NCBI RefSeq assembly: GCF_000025945.1
Contig: NC_006138.1
Span: 2,820,001-2,852,000, forward strand
Direction: 5' to 3'
DNA length: 32,000 bases
Source: Desulfotalea psychrophila LSv54
Lineage (GTDB): Bacteria > Desulfobacterota > Desulfobulbia > Desulfobulbales > Desulfocapsaceae
Under the pieces are notes generated by a model. It did not search any database and was not told the origin of the DNA. It saw only the letters and a program-made list of their open reading frames with translations. This document shows positions 17,752 to 25,930 of the stretch, piece after piece. The translations under genes and the position numbers were made by a program. Every line of letters begins with the position of its first letter. Position 1 is the stretch's first letter.

Positions 17752-18644
17752 ACTTTTTCCGCCACTCTTTCTCCCAATATTCCGGTTGGTCGTACAATCA
17801 GAATCACAATCAGGAGGGTAAAGGTAAATGCATCGGCCCAGGTACTTGAAACATAACCTGCTATAAATGCATTGAAGAGACCAAGGAGCATACCACCAAG
17901 CATAGCGCCCGGAATATTGCCAATACCACCTATAATAGCTGCCACAAAGGCATTTAAGCCGTACTGCCAGCCCATATCAAAGGTAATTCCCTTGTAATAC
18001 ATACCTATAAACAGACCGCCAACGGCACCCAGTGAACTACCAATAACAAAGATTGTAACAATGATGTTATTAACATTAATTCCCATGAGTCTGGCTGCAT
18101 CCTGATCTATGGCACTTGCCCGAATTGCCGTACCCATCTTAGTTTTCTCAATAAACAGATAGAGGGCTATCATCAAAAAGAGAGAGAGAACCATGATAAT
18201 TACCTGGATAAGACTGATCACAACTCCGCCCAACTCCCAATATATCTGAGGAATGAGATCTGGAAATATCTTCATTTGTGGACCCCAAAGAAGCATAATT
18301 CCGTTTTGAATGACCATCGATGCCCCAAGGGCGGAGACAACAGCCGAGAGCCGAGGCGCCGTTCTAAGAGGCCGATAGGCAACCCTTTCCAAAAGGACAC
18401 CGCAAATGGCAACAATAACTGCGGTAACGGCAAAAACAGCTACAGCCGTCAGGATAGAGCCATTTTCGCCAAAGAGCTCTGTAAAAACAAAAAGGCCAAC
18501 AAAGGCGGAGGCAGCAACCAGATCACCGTGAGCAAAGTTAATCAACTTCATGACGCCGTAGACCATTGTATAGCCAAGAGCAATCATGGCAAACATTGAA
18601 CCAATGGTCAAACCGTTGACGAGTTGTTGTAGAAAAATATCCAT
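17748..18644 (-). CDS. livH: ABC transporter permease (LivH type)
   Basis: The start is taken at MDIFLQQLVNGL (the typical LivH N-terminus). The 27 codons upstream in the ORF track look non-coding. Confidence 0.88.
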   Translation of the reverse strand: MDIFLQQLVNGLTIGSMFAMIALGYTMVYGVMKLINFAHGDLVAASAFVGLFVFTELFGENGSILTAVAVFAVTAVIVAICGVLLERVAYRPLRTAPRLSAVVSALGASMVIQNGIMLLWGPQMKIFPDLIPQIYWELGGVVISLIQVIIMVLSLFLMIALYLFIEKTKMGTAIRASAIDQDAARLMGINVNNIIVTIFVIGSSLGAVGGLFIGMYYKGITFDMGWQYGLNAFVAAIIGGIGNIPGAMLGGMLLGLFNAFIAGYVSSTWADAFTFTLLIVILIVRPTGILGERVAEKV

Positions 18645-18751
18645 ATAAACCCGATAAAAAAATAAGAAAGAACGGGAAACATTCCCGGCTTTCTTGAGAT
18701 AAAAGGACAAAAAAGGCTGGCACAAGCCTTAATGTCGGAAAAATGGGGGGT

Positions 18752-18777
18752 GGCCTGCCCTATTTACAGGACAGACC
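18752..18777 (-). terminator. Intercistronic hairpin / partial terminator between the binding-protein and permease genes
   Basis: On the minus-strand RNA: GGUCUGUCC, an 8-nt loop, then GGGCAGGCC (9 bp including 2 G-U pairs). An AUUUUU tract follows about 8 nt later (plus-strand gaaaaat at 18738-18744). Confidence 0.5.
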
Positions 18778-18793
18778 TAACAGCTCACCAGTT

Positions 18794-19918
18794 TTATTTG
18801 TGAACTATTGAATAGGTACCATCCGCCTGAATCTGGTAGGTCATATAACCACTTCCCACCCTATTACCATCTTGGGCAAAAGAGATAGGACCTGTAATTC
18901 CAGGATAATCCCTTAAGGTGTGAAGAAAATCTGCCGCCTTTTTAGTATCAAAATCGCCATTGGACTCCATAGCGTGAATAAAGGCGCGCATACCATCAAC
19001 GTTGAGCAGGGTCCAAATTGATGGTGGCATGGTGCCATACTTTGTCTGATAGTCCTTGAGGAAATCCTTGGCCAAATCATATGGAAGAAGATCTGGAGTG
19101 GGGACATTAATGATATAGGCACCGGCAGCTGCCCTTCCTGCAAGTTTAGCAAAGTCAGGATTATCATTGGCATCACCACCAACAAAGTCTGTCTTCATGG
19201 CCAGGGCTATCATCTGGGCACGGATCAAACCGCCATCGGAATAGTAACCTGCATAAAAGATAACATCCGGACGTTTTGATTTTAACTGGGTAAGAACAGG
19301 TGTAAAATTTTGTCCTCCGGCCTTTACCTTTTCCCGGGCAACAATATTACCACCGGCCTCTTCTATGGCCTTCTCCACTGCATTGCCAAGTCCTACAGCA
19401 TAGCTGGAAAAGTCAGAGAGGATGGCTATCCGCTTATATTTTTTTACGTTTACAAAGTAATCAGCGGTAAAGGTTGCCTCGGCACTGTTGGGAAAGGAGT
19501 TTCTGAAAAAGGTCCAATAGCCGTGGCTGGTCAAGCTGTCACTGGTACCATCACTGGTTTGCAGAACTCCCGCCCGATAATAGGTTGCCTGAGCTGCCTC
19601 GGCGCATGTCGAGGTGTAGGAGCCAATGATCATCTTGGCACCCTTATTAACAAGATCTTTGGCACAGATAGCCGCCTTCATGGCAGTGCCCTCGTCATCA
19701 CAGGTAATTACCTCTATCTGCCTACCCATGACGCCGCCCTTGGCATTGATCTGCTCTGCAAGCAAACGGGCTGCATTATCAATCCCCTGGCCTTCATTTG
19801 CATAACTACCGGTAATCGGGGCCTGCACACCCACCGTCAGCACATCTTTTGCATAGCTGGTGGTGGCCATAAGGGATAAACTTAGCAGCGACACCGCCAA
19901 GGCTTTCTTCTTCAACAT
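18794..19918 (-). CDS. Periplasmic amino-acid-binding protein of the Liv (type I PBP) family
   Basis: 374 aa with a signal peptide (MLKKKALAVSLLSLSLMATTSYA). The mature start KDVLTVGVQAPITGSYANEGQ is typical of LivJ/K-like receptors. Confidence 0.88.
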   Translation of the reverse strand: MLKKKALAVSLLSLSLMATTSYAKDVLTVGVQAPITGSYANEGQGIDNAARLLAEQINAKGGVMGRQIEVITCDDEGTAMKAAICAKDLVNKGAKMIIGSYTSTCAEAAQATYYRAGVLQTSDGTSDSLTSHGYWTFFRNSFPNSAEATFTADYFVNVKKYKRIAILSDFSSYAVGLGNAVEKAIEEAGGNIVAREKVKAGGQNFTPVLTQLKSKRPDVIFYAGYYSDGGLIRAQMIALAMKTDFVGGDANDNPDFAKLAGRAAAGAYIINVPTPDLLPYDLAKDFLKDYQTKYGTMPPSIWTLLNVDGMRAFIHAMESNGDFDTKKAADFLHTLRDYPGITGPISFAQDGNRVGSGYMTYQIQADGTYSIVHK

Positions 19919-20104
19919 TGTATTTCTCCAAATCGAATAGTTGTTCTTTTACCCATGGGAAAAGATTTCGTTAAAAGCAACTCTTCTCCCCCAGGTCATG
20001 TAGACAACAAACACGTCTACACTTTTCTATAAACATTTCAATGCGAAAAGCCACACTGAACACAGATCTGGCCACTCAAAAAATGACCGATCGTTTTAAT
20101 TTCT

Positions 20105-21745
20105 TTAATTTTCATCCATAAATGGATAGGAAAACTCTGTGGCAGCGACAAAGGTCTCTTTAACGGTTCGAGGGGACACCCAACGCATCAGATTACTGGC
20201 TGCGCCGGCCTTGTCGTTGGTACCCGAAGCCCTACCCCCGCCAAAAGGCTGCTGACCAACCACTGGTCCCGTTGGCTTATCATTGATATAGAAATTTCCT
20301 GCAGCATGCTCAAGTTTCGTCAGGGCAGTACTGGTCGCCTCTCTGTCCCGTGAAAAAATTGCTCCGGTTAAAGCATAGACAGATGTACTATCACAGAGAG
20401 CTAAGGTCTCCATATAATCCTCATCTTCATAGACATAGATGCTTATAACAGGACCAAAAATCTCTTCAACCATCGTCTCAAAACAGGGGTCAGTTGCGAG
20501 AATAACCGTTGGTTCGATAAAGTAGCCAAGACTATCATCATAACCGCCGCCAATGATCACATCTCCACCCTCATTTTCCTTGGCGAAGTCAATATAACTA
20601 GTAATCGAACTAAATGCACCCTTATCAATTACTGCACTTATAAAATTAGAAAAATCTGTAGTTGCCCCCACCTTTATTTTTGCAATTTCTCTCTTCAAAC
20701 CCTCCTCTATCACCAGCCAAAGAGTACGGGGAATATAGGCCCGAGATGCGGCTGAGCACTTTTGTCCCTGATACTCAAAGGCACCACGAACAATGGCTGT
20801 AACAATTTGCTGGGGATCTGCCGATGAATGGGCAAAGATAAAATCCTTACCTCCTGTTTCTCCAACAATTCTAGGATAAGATTTATAGCTTGCAATATTA
20901 TTACCCACTGTCTTCCACATAAACTGAAAGACAGCCGTTGAACCGGTAAAATGAATACCTGCAAGATTAGGGTCGGCAAGACAGATATCACCCACAGAGG
21001 CACCTGCACCGGGAACAAAATTGATAACGCCCGGGGGCAGACCGGCCTCCGCAAAAATTTCCATCAAGAGATAGGGGGTGTAAACCAGGGAAGAGGCAGG
21101 TTTCCACACCACGGTGTTGCCCATCAGGGCCGGGGCAGTGGGAAGGTTACCGGCAATAGCGGTAAAGTTAAAGGGCGTTACGGCAAAGACAAATCCCTCA
21201 AGAGGACGGTACTGAACAAAGTTCCACACTCCCGGGGAGGAGACAGGCTGATTCTTATAAATCTGCTCTGCATAGCTGACATTAAAACGAAGAAAATCTA
21301 TGAGTTCACAGGCCGCATCAATTTCCGCCTGATAGGCTGTTTTCCCGCCAGCAAGCATGGCTCCGGCATTAATTTTATAACGATATTTACCTGCAATAAG
21401 TTCCGCAGCCTTCAGGAAAATTGCACAACGTTCTTCCCAACGCATGGACTGCCACCTGGACTGAGCAGCAAGAGCTGCGTCAATGGCCAGCCGTACCGCC
21501 TTCTCCCCTGCCCTGTGATAGTGAGCCATCACATGTCTGTGATCATGGGGCATAACCACCTGTCCGATATTGCCCGTACGAATCTCCTCGCCATTAATAA
21601 TAAGAGGAATATCCAGAACAAGCTGACTCATCTCTTCTAAGGCAGCCTTCAGTGCTCTTCGTTCAGGACTACCCGGAGCATAATCATAAATTGGTTCATT
21701 AATAGGTTTTGGTGTATTAATTACTGCATTATTCAAAAGATTCAT
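20105..21745 (-). CDS. pruA: L-glutamate gamma-semialdehyde (1-pyrroline-5-carboxylate) dehydrogenase
   Basis: 546-aa aldehyde dehydrogenase with ETGGKD and the catalytic Cys context FEYQGQKCSA. The N-terminus ...YDYAPGSPERRAL is typical of stand-alone P5CDH. Confidence 0.9.
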   Translation of the reverse strand: MNLLNNAVINTPKPINEPIYDYAPGSPERRALKAALEEMSQLVLDIPLIINGEEIRTGNIGQVVMPHDHRHVMAHYHRAGEKAVRLAIDAALAAQSRWQSMRWEERCAIFLKAAELIAGKYRYKINAGAMLAGGKTAYQAEIDAACELIDFLRFNVSYAEQIYKNQPVSSPGVWNFVQYRPLEGFVFAVTPFNFTAIAGNLPTAPALMGNTVVWKPASSLVYTPYLLMEIFAEAGLPPGVINFVPGAGASVGDICLADPNLAGIHFTGSTAVFQFMWKTVGNNIASYKSYPRIVGETGGKDFIFAHSSADPQQIVTAIVRGAFEYQGQKCSAASRAYIPRTLWLVIEEGLKREIAKIKVGATTDFSNFISAVIDKGAFSSITSYIDFAKENEGGDVIIGGGYDDSLGYFIEPTVILATDPCFETMVEEIFGPVISIYVYEDEDYMETLALCDSTSVYALTGAIFSRDREATSTALTKLEHAAGNFYINDKPTGPVVGQQPFGGGRASGTNDKAGAASNLMRWVSPRTVKETFVAATEFSYPFMDEN

Positions 21746-21813
21746 ATTATCCCCTTAAAACGAGCAAAGATTTATCTTTTCAGTTTTACCACCGATTTCC
21801 GCACAACAAAGAA

Positions 21814-21835
21814 CTGGCGCGAGATATCTCGCCAG
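21814..21835 (-). terminator. Imperfect palindromic hairpin between the PRODH and P5CDH genes
   Basis: ctggcgcgagatatctcgccag: a cgagat/atctcg core plus a ctgg/ccag outer stem with a 2-nt bulge. On the minus strand it is followed by a U-rich tract, TTCTTTGTTGTG. Confidence 0.4.
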
Positions 21836-21858
21836 CATTTCCAACCAAACAGAAACGC

Positions 21859-22770
21859 CTACCCCTTCTTAAACAGGGCCTTTATGATAACACCTGCCAT
21901 AGCAGGATTTTCCTGAAGCCTTCTCGTACTATAGCCAAACCACTTCTCCCCAAAGGGAACATAGACCCGCAGGGGATGACCTGCATCAACGAGGGAGGCA
22001 CGCAGGCGAGGAGTCACTCCATAAAGCATCTGGAATTCATACCTATCTTTTGCAACATTATACTTTTCAAGAAGCTTCAGGGCCCCATCCACCAGGGGTT
22101 TATCATGGGTTGCAATGGCAGGATACATCTTCTGCTGAAGCATATATTCAAGATCTTCCAGATAGTGCTGATTGATTGTCTCGTACTCCTTATAGGCAAT
22201 CGCAGGCAGTTCATCGTAAACCCCCTTACACAGACGTAAATTCAGAGGCACCTCCGGACTGTTCAATACAGCCAAGGCCTTAATATCCGCTAGAGTCCTC
22301 TTTAAACAGGCTTGCAGAACAAGCCCTACATTTTCAGGAAACTCCTCCTTTAAGCGACGAAGCAGATCAATGGACATATCCGTACAGGGAGAATCCTCCA
22401 TATCTATCCTAATAAAATTGTCATATGCCGAGGCCTTTTGCACAATTTCACGAATATGCTGATAACAGACCTCCTTATCCAACAGCAGACCCAAAAAGGT
22501 AGGTTTGAGGGAATAGTTTCCCTTTACACCGGCAGCCTCAGCCTTTTCAATAACATTGATATACTCTCTCTTATTTGCCTCTGCCTCTTCAAGTTTGGTA
22601 ATAAACTCACCCAGGACATCAATAGTTGTCATCACATTAATATCATTAAGTTTCTTAGACTTTTCGATGGCCTGTTCAACTGTTTCTCCCGCAATATACT
22701 GTTTCGAAAACATCCACACCAACTGGGGGGGCATATGCGGTAAGATTTGAGAGATAAGCTTATTAATCAT
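21859..22770 (-). CDS. Monofunctional proline dehydrogenase
   Basis: 303-aa PRODH-barrel pattern (IDVLGEF..., SLKPTFLGL, IRIDMEDS, ATHD, YEFQMLYGV, YVPFG..W..Y..RRLQENP), directly upstream of the P5CDH gene. Confidence 0.88.
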   Translation of the reverse strand: MINKLISQILPHMPPQLVWMFSKQYIAGETVEQAIEKSKKLNDINVMTTIDVLGEFITKLEEAEANKREYINVIEKAEAAGVKGNYSLKPTFLGLLLDKEVCYQHIREIVQKASAYDNFIRIDMEDSPCTDMSIDLLRRLKEEFPENVGLVLQACLKRTLADIKALAVLNSPEVPLNLRLCKGVYDELPAIAYKEYETINQHYLEDLEYMLQQKMYPAIATHDKPLVDGALKLLEKYNVAKDRYEFQMLYGVTPRLRASLVDAGHPLRVYVPFGEKWFGYSTRRLQENPAMAGVIIKALFKKG

Positions 22771-23069
22771 AAATCACCCTCTAAGGCTAAAGTAAAAAAA
22801 TCAAAAAAATCATTACACCAAAATAGCGCAACGGCTTGCCGTTTTATGAAGAACAGACTGTTAAAAAAATTGAATATACAGCGATTTGCTCATTGTAAAA
22901 AAGAGAGCTCACATACAAAAATCTACGATATTCCTAAGTCTTATGTCAAATATTTTTTCAGAAAACAAACAGGATTGAGACAGAGGCAGAGCCTTTAGAC
23001 CCTAGCAGAAGCGATATGCCCCACCCCCTTAATCTGCCCCATCCATCATAAAAGAACAGGAGATTTACC

Positions 23070-23096
23070 TTTAGTATTTTTTTAGTCAGCCGATAC
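23070..23096 (+). promoter_or_regulatory. Candidate sigma-28 (FliA)-type promoter
   Basis: TTTAGTAT-N11-GCCGATAC against the consensus TAAAGTTT-N11-GCCGATAA. The -10 element matches 7/8 and the -35 element only 5/8. It lies about 44 nt upstream of the lipoprotein ATG at 23140. Confidence 0.3.
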
Positions 23097-23139
23097 AAAG
23101 AGGTACCTTTTTTCTTTGTAATTTTACTGGAGATTTTTC

Positions 23140-23769
23140 ATGTTTCGACGATTTATACTCATTTTGAGCGTGGCTCTCCTTGCCCTCACAGCAGGCTGTG
23201 CAAGGCATCAACAATTGAAATCCAAGGTCAGCCAGCCCGGAACGTGCCAAGTAGCCACAGCCGATTGGCAATCAATCGTTGCATCCCTGGCAAACAGAAT
23301 AAACAACAGACTCATTCAGCAGAACTATATTGACCGATCTGTTTACATCAGCCCTGCCTGTTACCAGCTCTCTGCCTGTAGCCAAGCCACAACAGCGTTT
23401 GACAGGGTATTTCGCGAGCTGCTCACCGCTAAGCTCTTGGAATACGGTGTCCCAACAACAGACAAAAGAACTCCGGAAACATTAGATATCAGTTATACAA
23501 CCCAGGTACTTGCCCAATCAAACATGGGCTACTGGGGGCCTAAGATTAGCGCCAAGGTACTGATAACCACCTCAATAATATCCAACAACAGATACATCTT
23601 TTCTCAATCAGATATCTACCGACTCAACTCCGATGAGTTCAGGTATTACCAAAAAGCCACACCCGCCACGGTCATCGGTATTGCCTCTGAAAAGAAGACA
23701 GATGCTCTGCCACTTAAGCAGACGCCTGAAGCTGAAGAAATTCTTCTAGAACCTCAACCTCTCTTTTAA
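23140..23769 (+). CDS. Lipoprotein (209 aa), distant paralog of the downstream FlgO-like lipoprotein
   Basis: Signal peptide plus lipobox MFRRFILILSVALLALTAGC. The internal segment TAFDRVFRELLTAKLLEYGV parallels SAFGRLIQQQVISRFVQHNY of the next protein. Confidence 0.7.
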   Translation: MFRRFILILSVALLALTAGCARHQQLKSKVSQPGTCQVATADWQSIVASLANRINNRLIQQNYIDRSVYISPACYQLSACSQATTAFDRVFRELLTAKLLEYGVPTTDKRTPETLDISYTTQVLAQSNMGYWGPKISAKVLITTSIISNNRYIFSQSDIYRLNSDEFRYYQKATPATVIGIASEKKTDALPLKQTPEAEEILLEPQPLF

Positions 23770-23782
23770 CCTCTAACAAATC

Positions 23783-24412
23783 ATGATGAGTATGAAAAAA
23801 AAATCCACCTATTACTGCCCGCTTTTTCTAGGATTCGTCTCAGCCCTTCTCTTTCTGGGCGCATGCTCCACCCCAACATTTGACCATACACCTCTGGCGG
23901 CAAGAAAAAATCTCATTCTCTTCTCCTATGATATTGTCGATGATCTTGTAGAAAATGCTATGCCGCCAATTATTCCAGGAAACCCGGAGCAACCCATCCT
24001 GGTAACCACGGTGGTCAGTAACAACAATCTGCAGAAGACCTCAGCCTTTGGTAGACTCATCCAGCAACAGGTAATCTCAAGATTTGTTCAGCACAACTAT
24101 ATCGTCAAAGAGATAAAGCTTGAAGATAAGCTCCATATAAGGCCTCAAACTGGCGAAACAATACTCAGTCGACATCCACAGAACATCAAAGAAGAGCAGA
24201 CAGCTCAGGCCATTTTTACCGGAACAACCTCACGAGCCAATCGGGTGCTCTATATTTCTGCTCGCCTGATAAATCCAAAAGATGGTACTATAATTTCAGC
24301 AAATGATTACTCGCTGACCATCGACGAGCATATCATGGCATTACTCGGCTTGGAAGAAGATGACAGAGTCGCAGAGCCGGAAAGACCCATTATGAACTCT
24401 ATTTTAGAGTAG
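23783..24412 (+). CDS. FlgO-like outer-membrane lipoprotein (209 aa)
   Basis: Lipobox LLFLGAC. The body (DIVDDLVE...PILVTTVVSNNNLQKTSAFGRLIQQQVISRFVQHNYIVKEIKL...ILSR...AQAIFTGTTSRANRVLYISARLINPKDGTIISANDY) matches the FlgO-family pattern as I recall it. Confidence 0.7.
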   Translation: MMSMKKKSTYYCPLFLGFVSALLFLGACSTPTFDHTPLAARKNLILFSYDIVDDLVENAMPPIIPGNPEQPILVTTVVSNNNLQKTSAFGRLIQQQVISRFVQHNYIVKEIKLEDKLHIRPQTGETILSRHPQNIKEEQTAQAIFTGTTSRANRVLYISARLINPKDGTIISANDYSLTIDEHIMALLGLEEDDRVAEPERPIMNSILE

Positions 24413-24415
24413 CCA

Positions 24416-25240
24416 ATGAAAAAAAAACGCCTTGCCCTCATCCCCGGAGCATCAAGACCCATCGGCAGAGCAATCGCCCGAGCCTTTGCTGATGCAGGTT
24501 TTGAACTCCTCCTCCCCATCTACGACTGGCCCGATTCTATTGCTGAAATGAATAGAGAGTTCCGGGCATCCGGCTACTCCTTCACAACGGCGGAGGTAGA
24601 CCTACGAGTAGAGGAGGAGGTGGAGAGCTATCTTGGTATAATTAAAAGGCAAAGGGGCAGGCTCGACGTCCTGGTTAACAATATAGAGAGAGGCGGGATG
24701 CCCATCATACACGGGAGCTACAGCCATCCACACAACAGAGATCAATGGCAGCGGGAAATTGAAACCACCCTTAACGCCAAGTGGTTTCTCTATCAACACA
24801 GCCTGCCACTCCTACAAAGGGGCTACGATGCCTCCATTATAAATATCAGTTCGATTGCCGCAAATATTGGTCGAACAGGACCTGCCGCCCTCCTCTTCAG
24901 CGACGGCTACAGTGCCGCCAACGGCGCAATCTCCTCCCTCACCACCACCTGGGCCCGAGAGGCCGCTCCCCATATCCGGGTAAATGAAATCCAACTAGGC
25001 ATGATTGATGGCCGCCATGGCAAGGGGACACGAGGTTGGGCTGAGATGAGCAAAAAGGATCGCAAGAGGTTACGCAAACATATACTGCTGAGAAGAACGG
25101 GAAGGGCAGATGAAGTGGCAAAAACGGTGCTTTTTTTAGCCTGTGACGCTAGCTATATAACAGGTGCCAGCCTGCGTATCGACGGTGGCTACACCCTGGG
25201 CGGCGAAAATGTACCACCACTACCACCTGGTATTCTATAG
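24416..25240 (+). CDS. Short-chain dehydrogenase/reductase family protein with a non-canonical active-site motif (YxxxN)
   Basis: Rossmann motif IPGASRPIGRAIA, LVNNIE in place of NNAG, catalytic-Ser region INISS, and YSAAN where classical SDRs have YxxxK. It starts 3 nt after the lipoprotein stop. Confidence 0.85.
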   Translation: MKKKRLALIPGASRPIGRAIARAFADAGFELLLPIYDWPDSIAEMNREFRASGYSFTTAEVDLRVEEEVESYLGIIKRQRGRLDVLVNNIERGGMPIIHGSYSHPHNRDQWQREIETTLNAKWFLYQHSLPLLQRGYDASIINISSIAANIGRTGPAALLFSDGYSAANGAISSLTTTWAREAAPHIRVNEIQLGMIDGRHGKGTRGWAEMSKKDRKRLRKHILLRRTGRADEVAKTVLFLACDASYITGASLRIDGGYTLGGENVPPLPPGIL

Positions 25241-25930
25241 AGATAAGAACGATTCGACGATGCTCCCCAGAGAAATATCAGAGAATTCACCATCCTCATA
25301 GACCCTGATTATCTCAGTACTCTCCAGGCACTTCTCTCTAAACCTTACCGACAGTGGCTCTTTCAGGAAGTAAAAGATCCGCAAGGCAAGACCTACCACC
25401 TGCAGATCCCCGGAATCAAGATAGGGCAAAAGATCAGCAATAATATCCTCTTCCCGCAGGAGATCAGGATATTTTTCAGCCAAACGCCCCACCCCCCACA
25501 ATGCTCCCTGTTGCAATTGAGGCAGTTCAAGTTGATTGCCATCCTGAAAGGGTTCATCCCCATCTTCACGTAGATAGGAGAGCAACATATGCAGATATTC
25601 TCCGCGAAGACCCTCATGGAAGCACATAATCTCCGCCATGGATTCCGGGGCCCCCCAGCCAATACCACCCGATTCATCGTTAAGGCTCCACAAAAACCTT
25701 CTCATAATCATCCGGGCAGACTCAATGTTTTTCTCAGCAATACGAGGGACAATAATACCAAAAGCGCTTACGGCTCGCCAACGAAGTACCTCGTCAACAC
25801 TGCAGATAAATGAAAAGAGGGGATTTAAAAGCTGTTGCTCTTTATATGGGGAGAGAATTTCTCCTAACTTAGAAAATGGAGCGCTTGGTAACTCTGCTGC
25901 CAGTTTTTTCTTCAGTGCTATTCTAGACAT
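25235..25930 (-). CDS. Helical-repeat (HEAT-like) protein; resembles the family named after Desulfovibrio DVU0298 (from memory, unverified)
   Basis: 231-aa all-helical-looking sequence with LRWRAVSAFG and LNDESGGIGWGAPESMAEI segments. Its ATG overlaps the upstream stop (TAATG). Confidence 0.6.
   Translation of the reverse strand: MSRIALKKKLAAELPSAPFSKLGEILSPYKEQQLLNPLFSFICSVDEVLRWRAVSAFGIIVPRIAEKNIESARMIMRRFLWSLNDESGGIGWGAPESMAEIMCFHEGLRGEYLHMLLSYLREDGDEPFQDGNQLELPQLQQGALWGVGRLAEKYPDLLREEDIIADLLPYLDSGDLQVVGLALRIFYFLKEPLSVRFREKCLESTEIIRVYEDGEFSDISLGSIVESFLSL

Noticed and set aside
18645-18725. N-terminal extensions offered by the ORF track for livH. The same applies to the CAP/DUF4388 gene (27034-27180), the epimerase gene (29931-30002), the YgbA-like gene (29621-29650), thiC (28659-28682) and livF (16037-16063).
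   Set aside because: Internal ATG starts give canonical family N-termini. They also avoid overlaps with upstream genes or have better RBS geometry. The extensions have non-protein-like sequence.
22830-22843. Mini-hairpin aacgg-cttg-ccgtt followed by a T-run in the PRODH/lipoprotein divergent spacer
   Set aside because: It has only a 5-bp stem and no upstream gene to terminate on either strand. It may be incidental. The overlapping 83-aa ORF (22747-22998) is lysine-rich, starts inside the PRODH gene on the opposite strand and looks non-coding.
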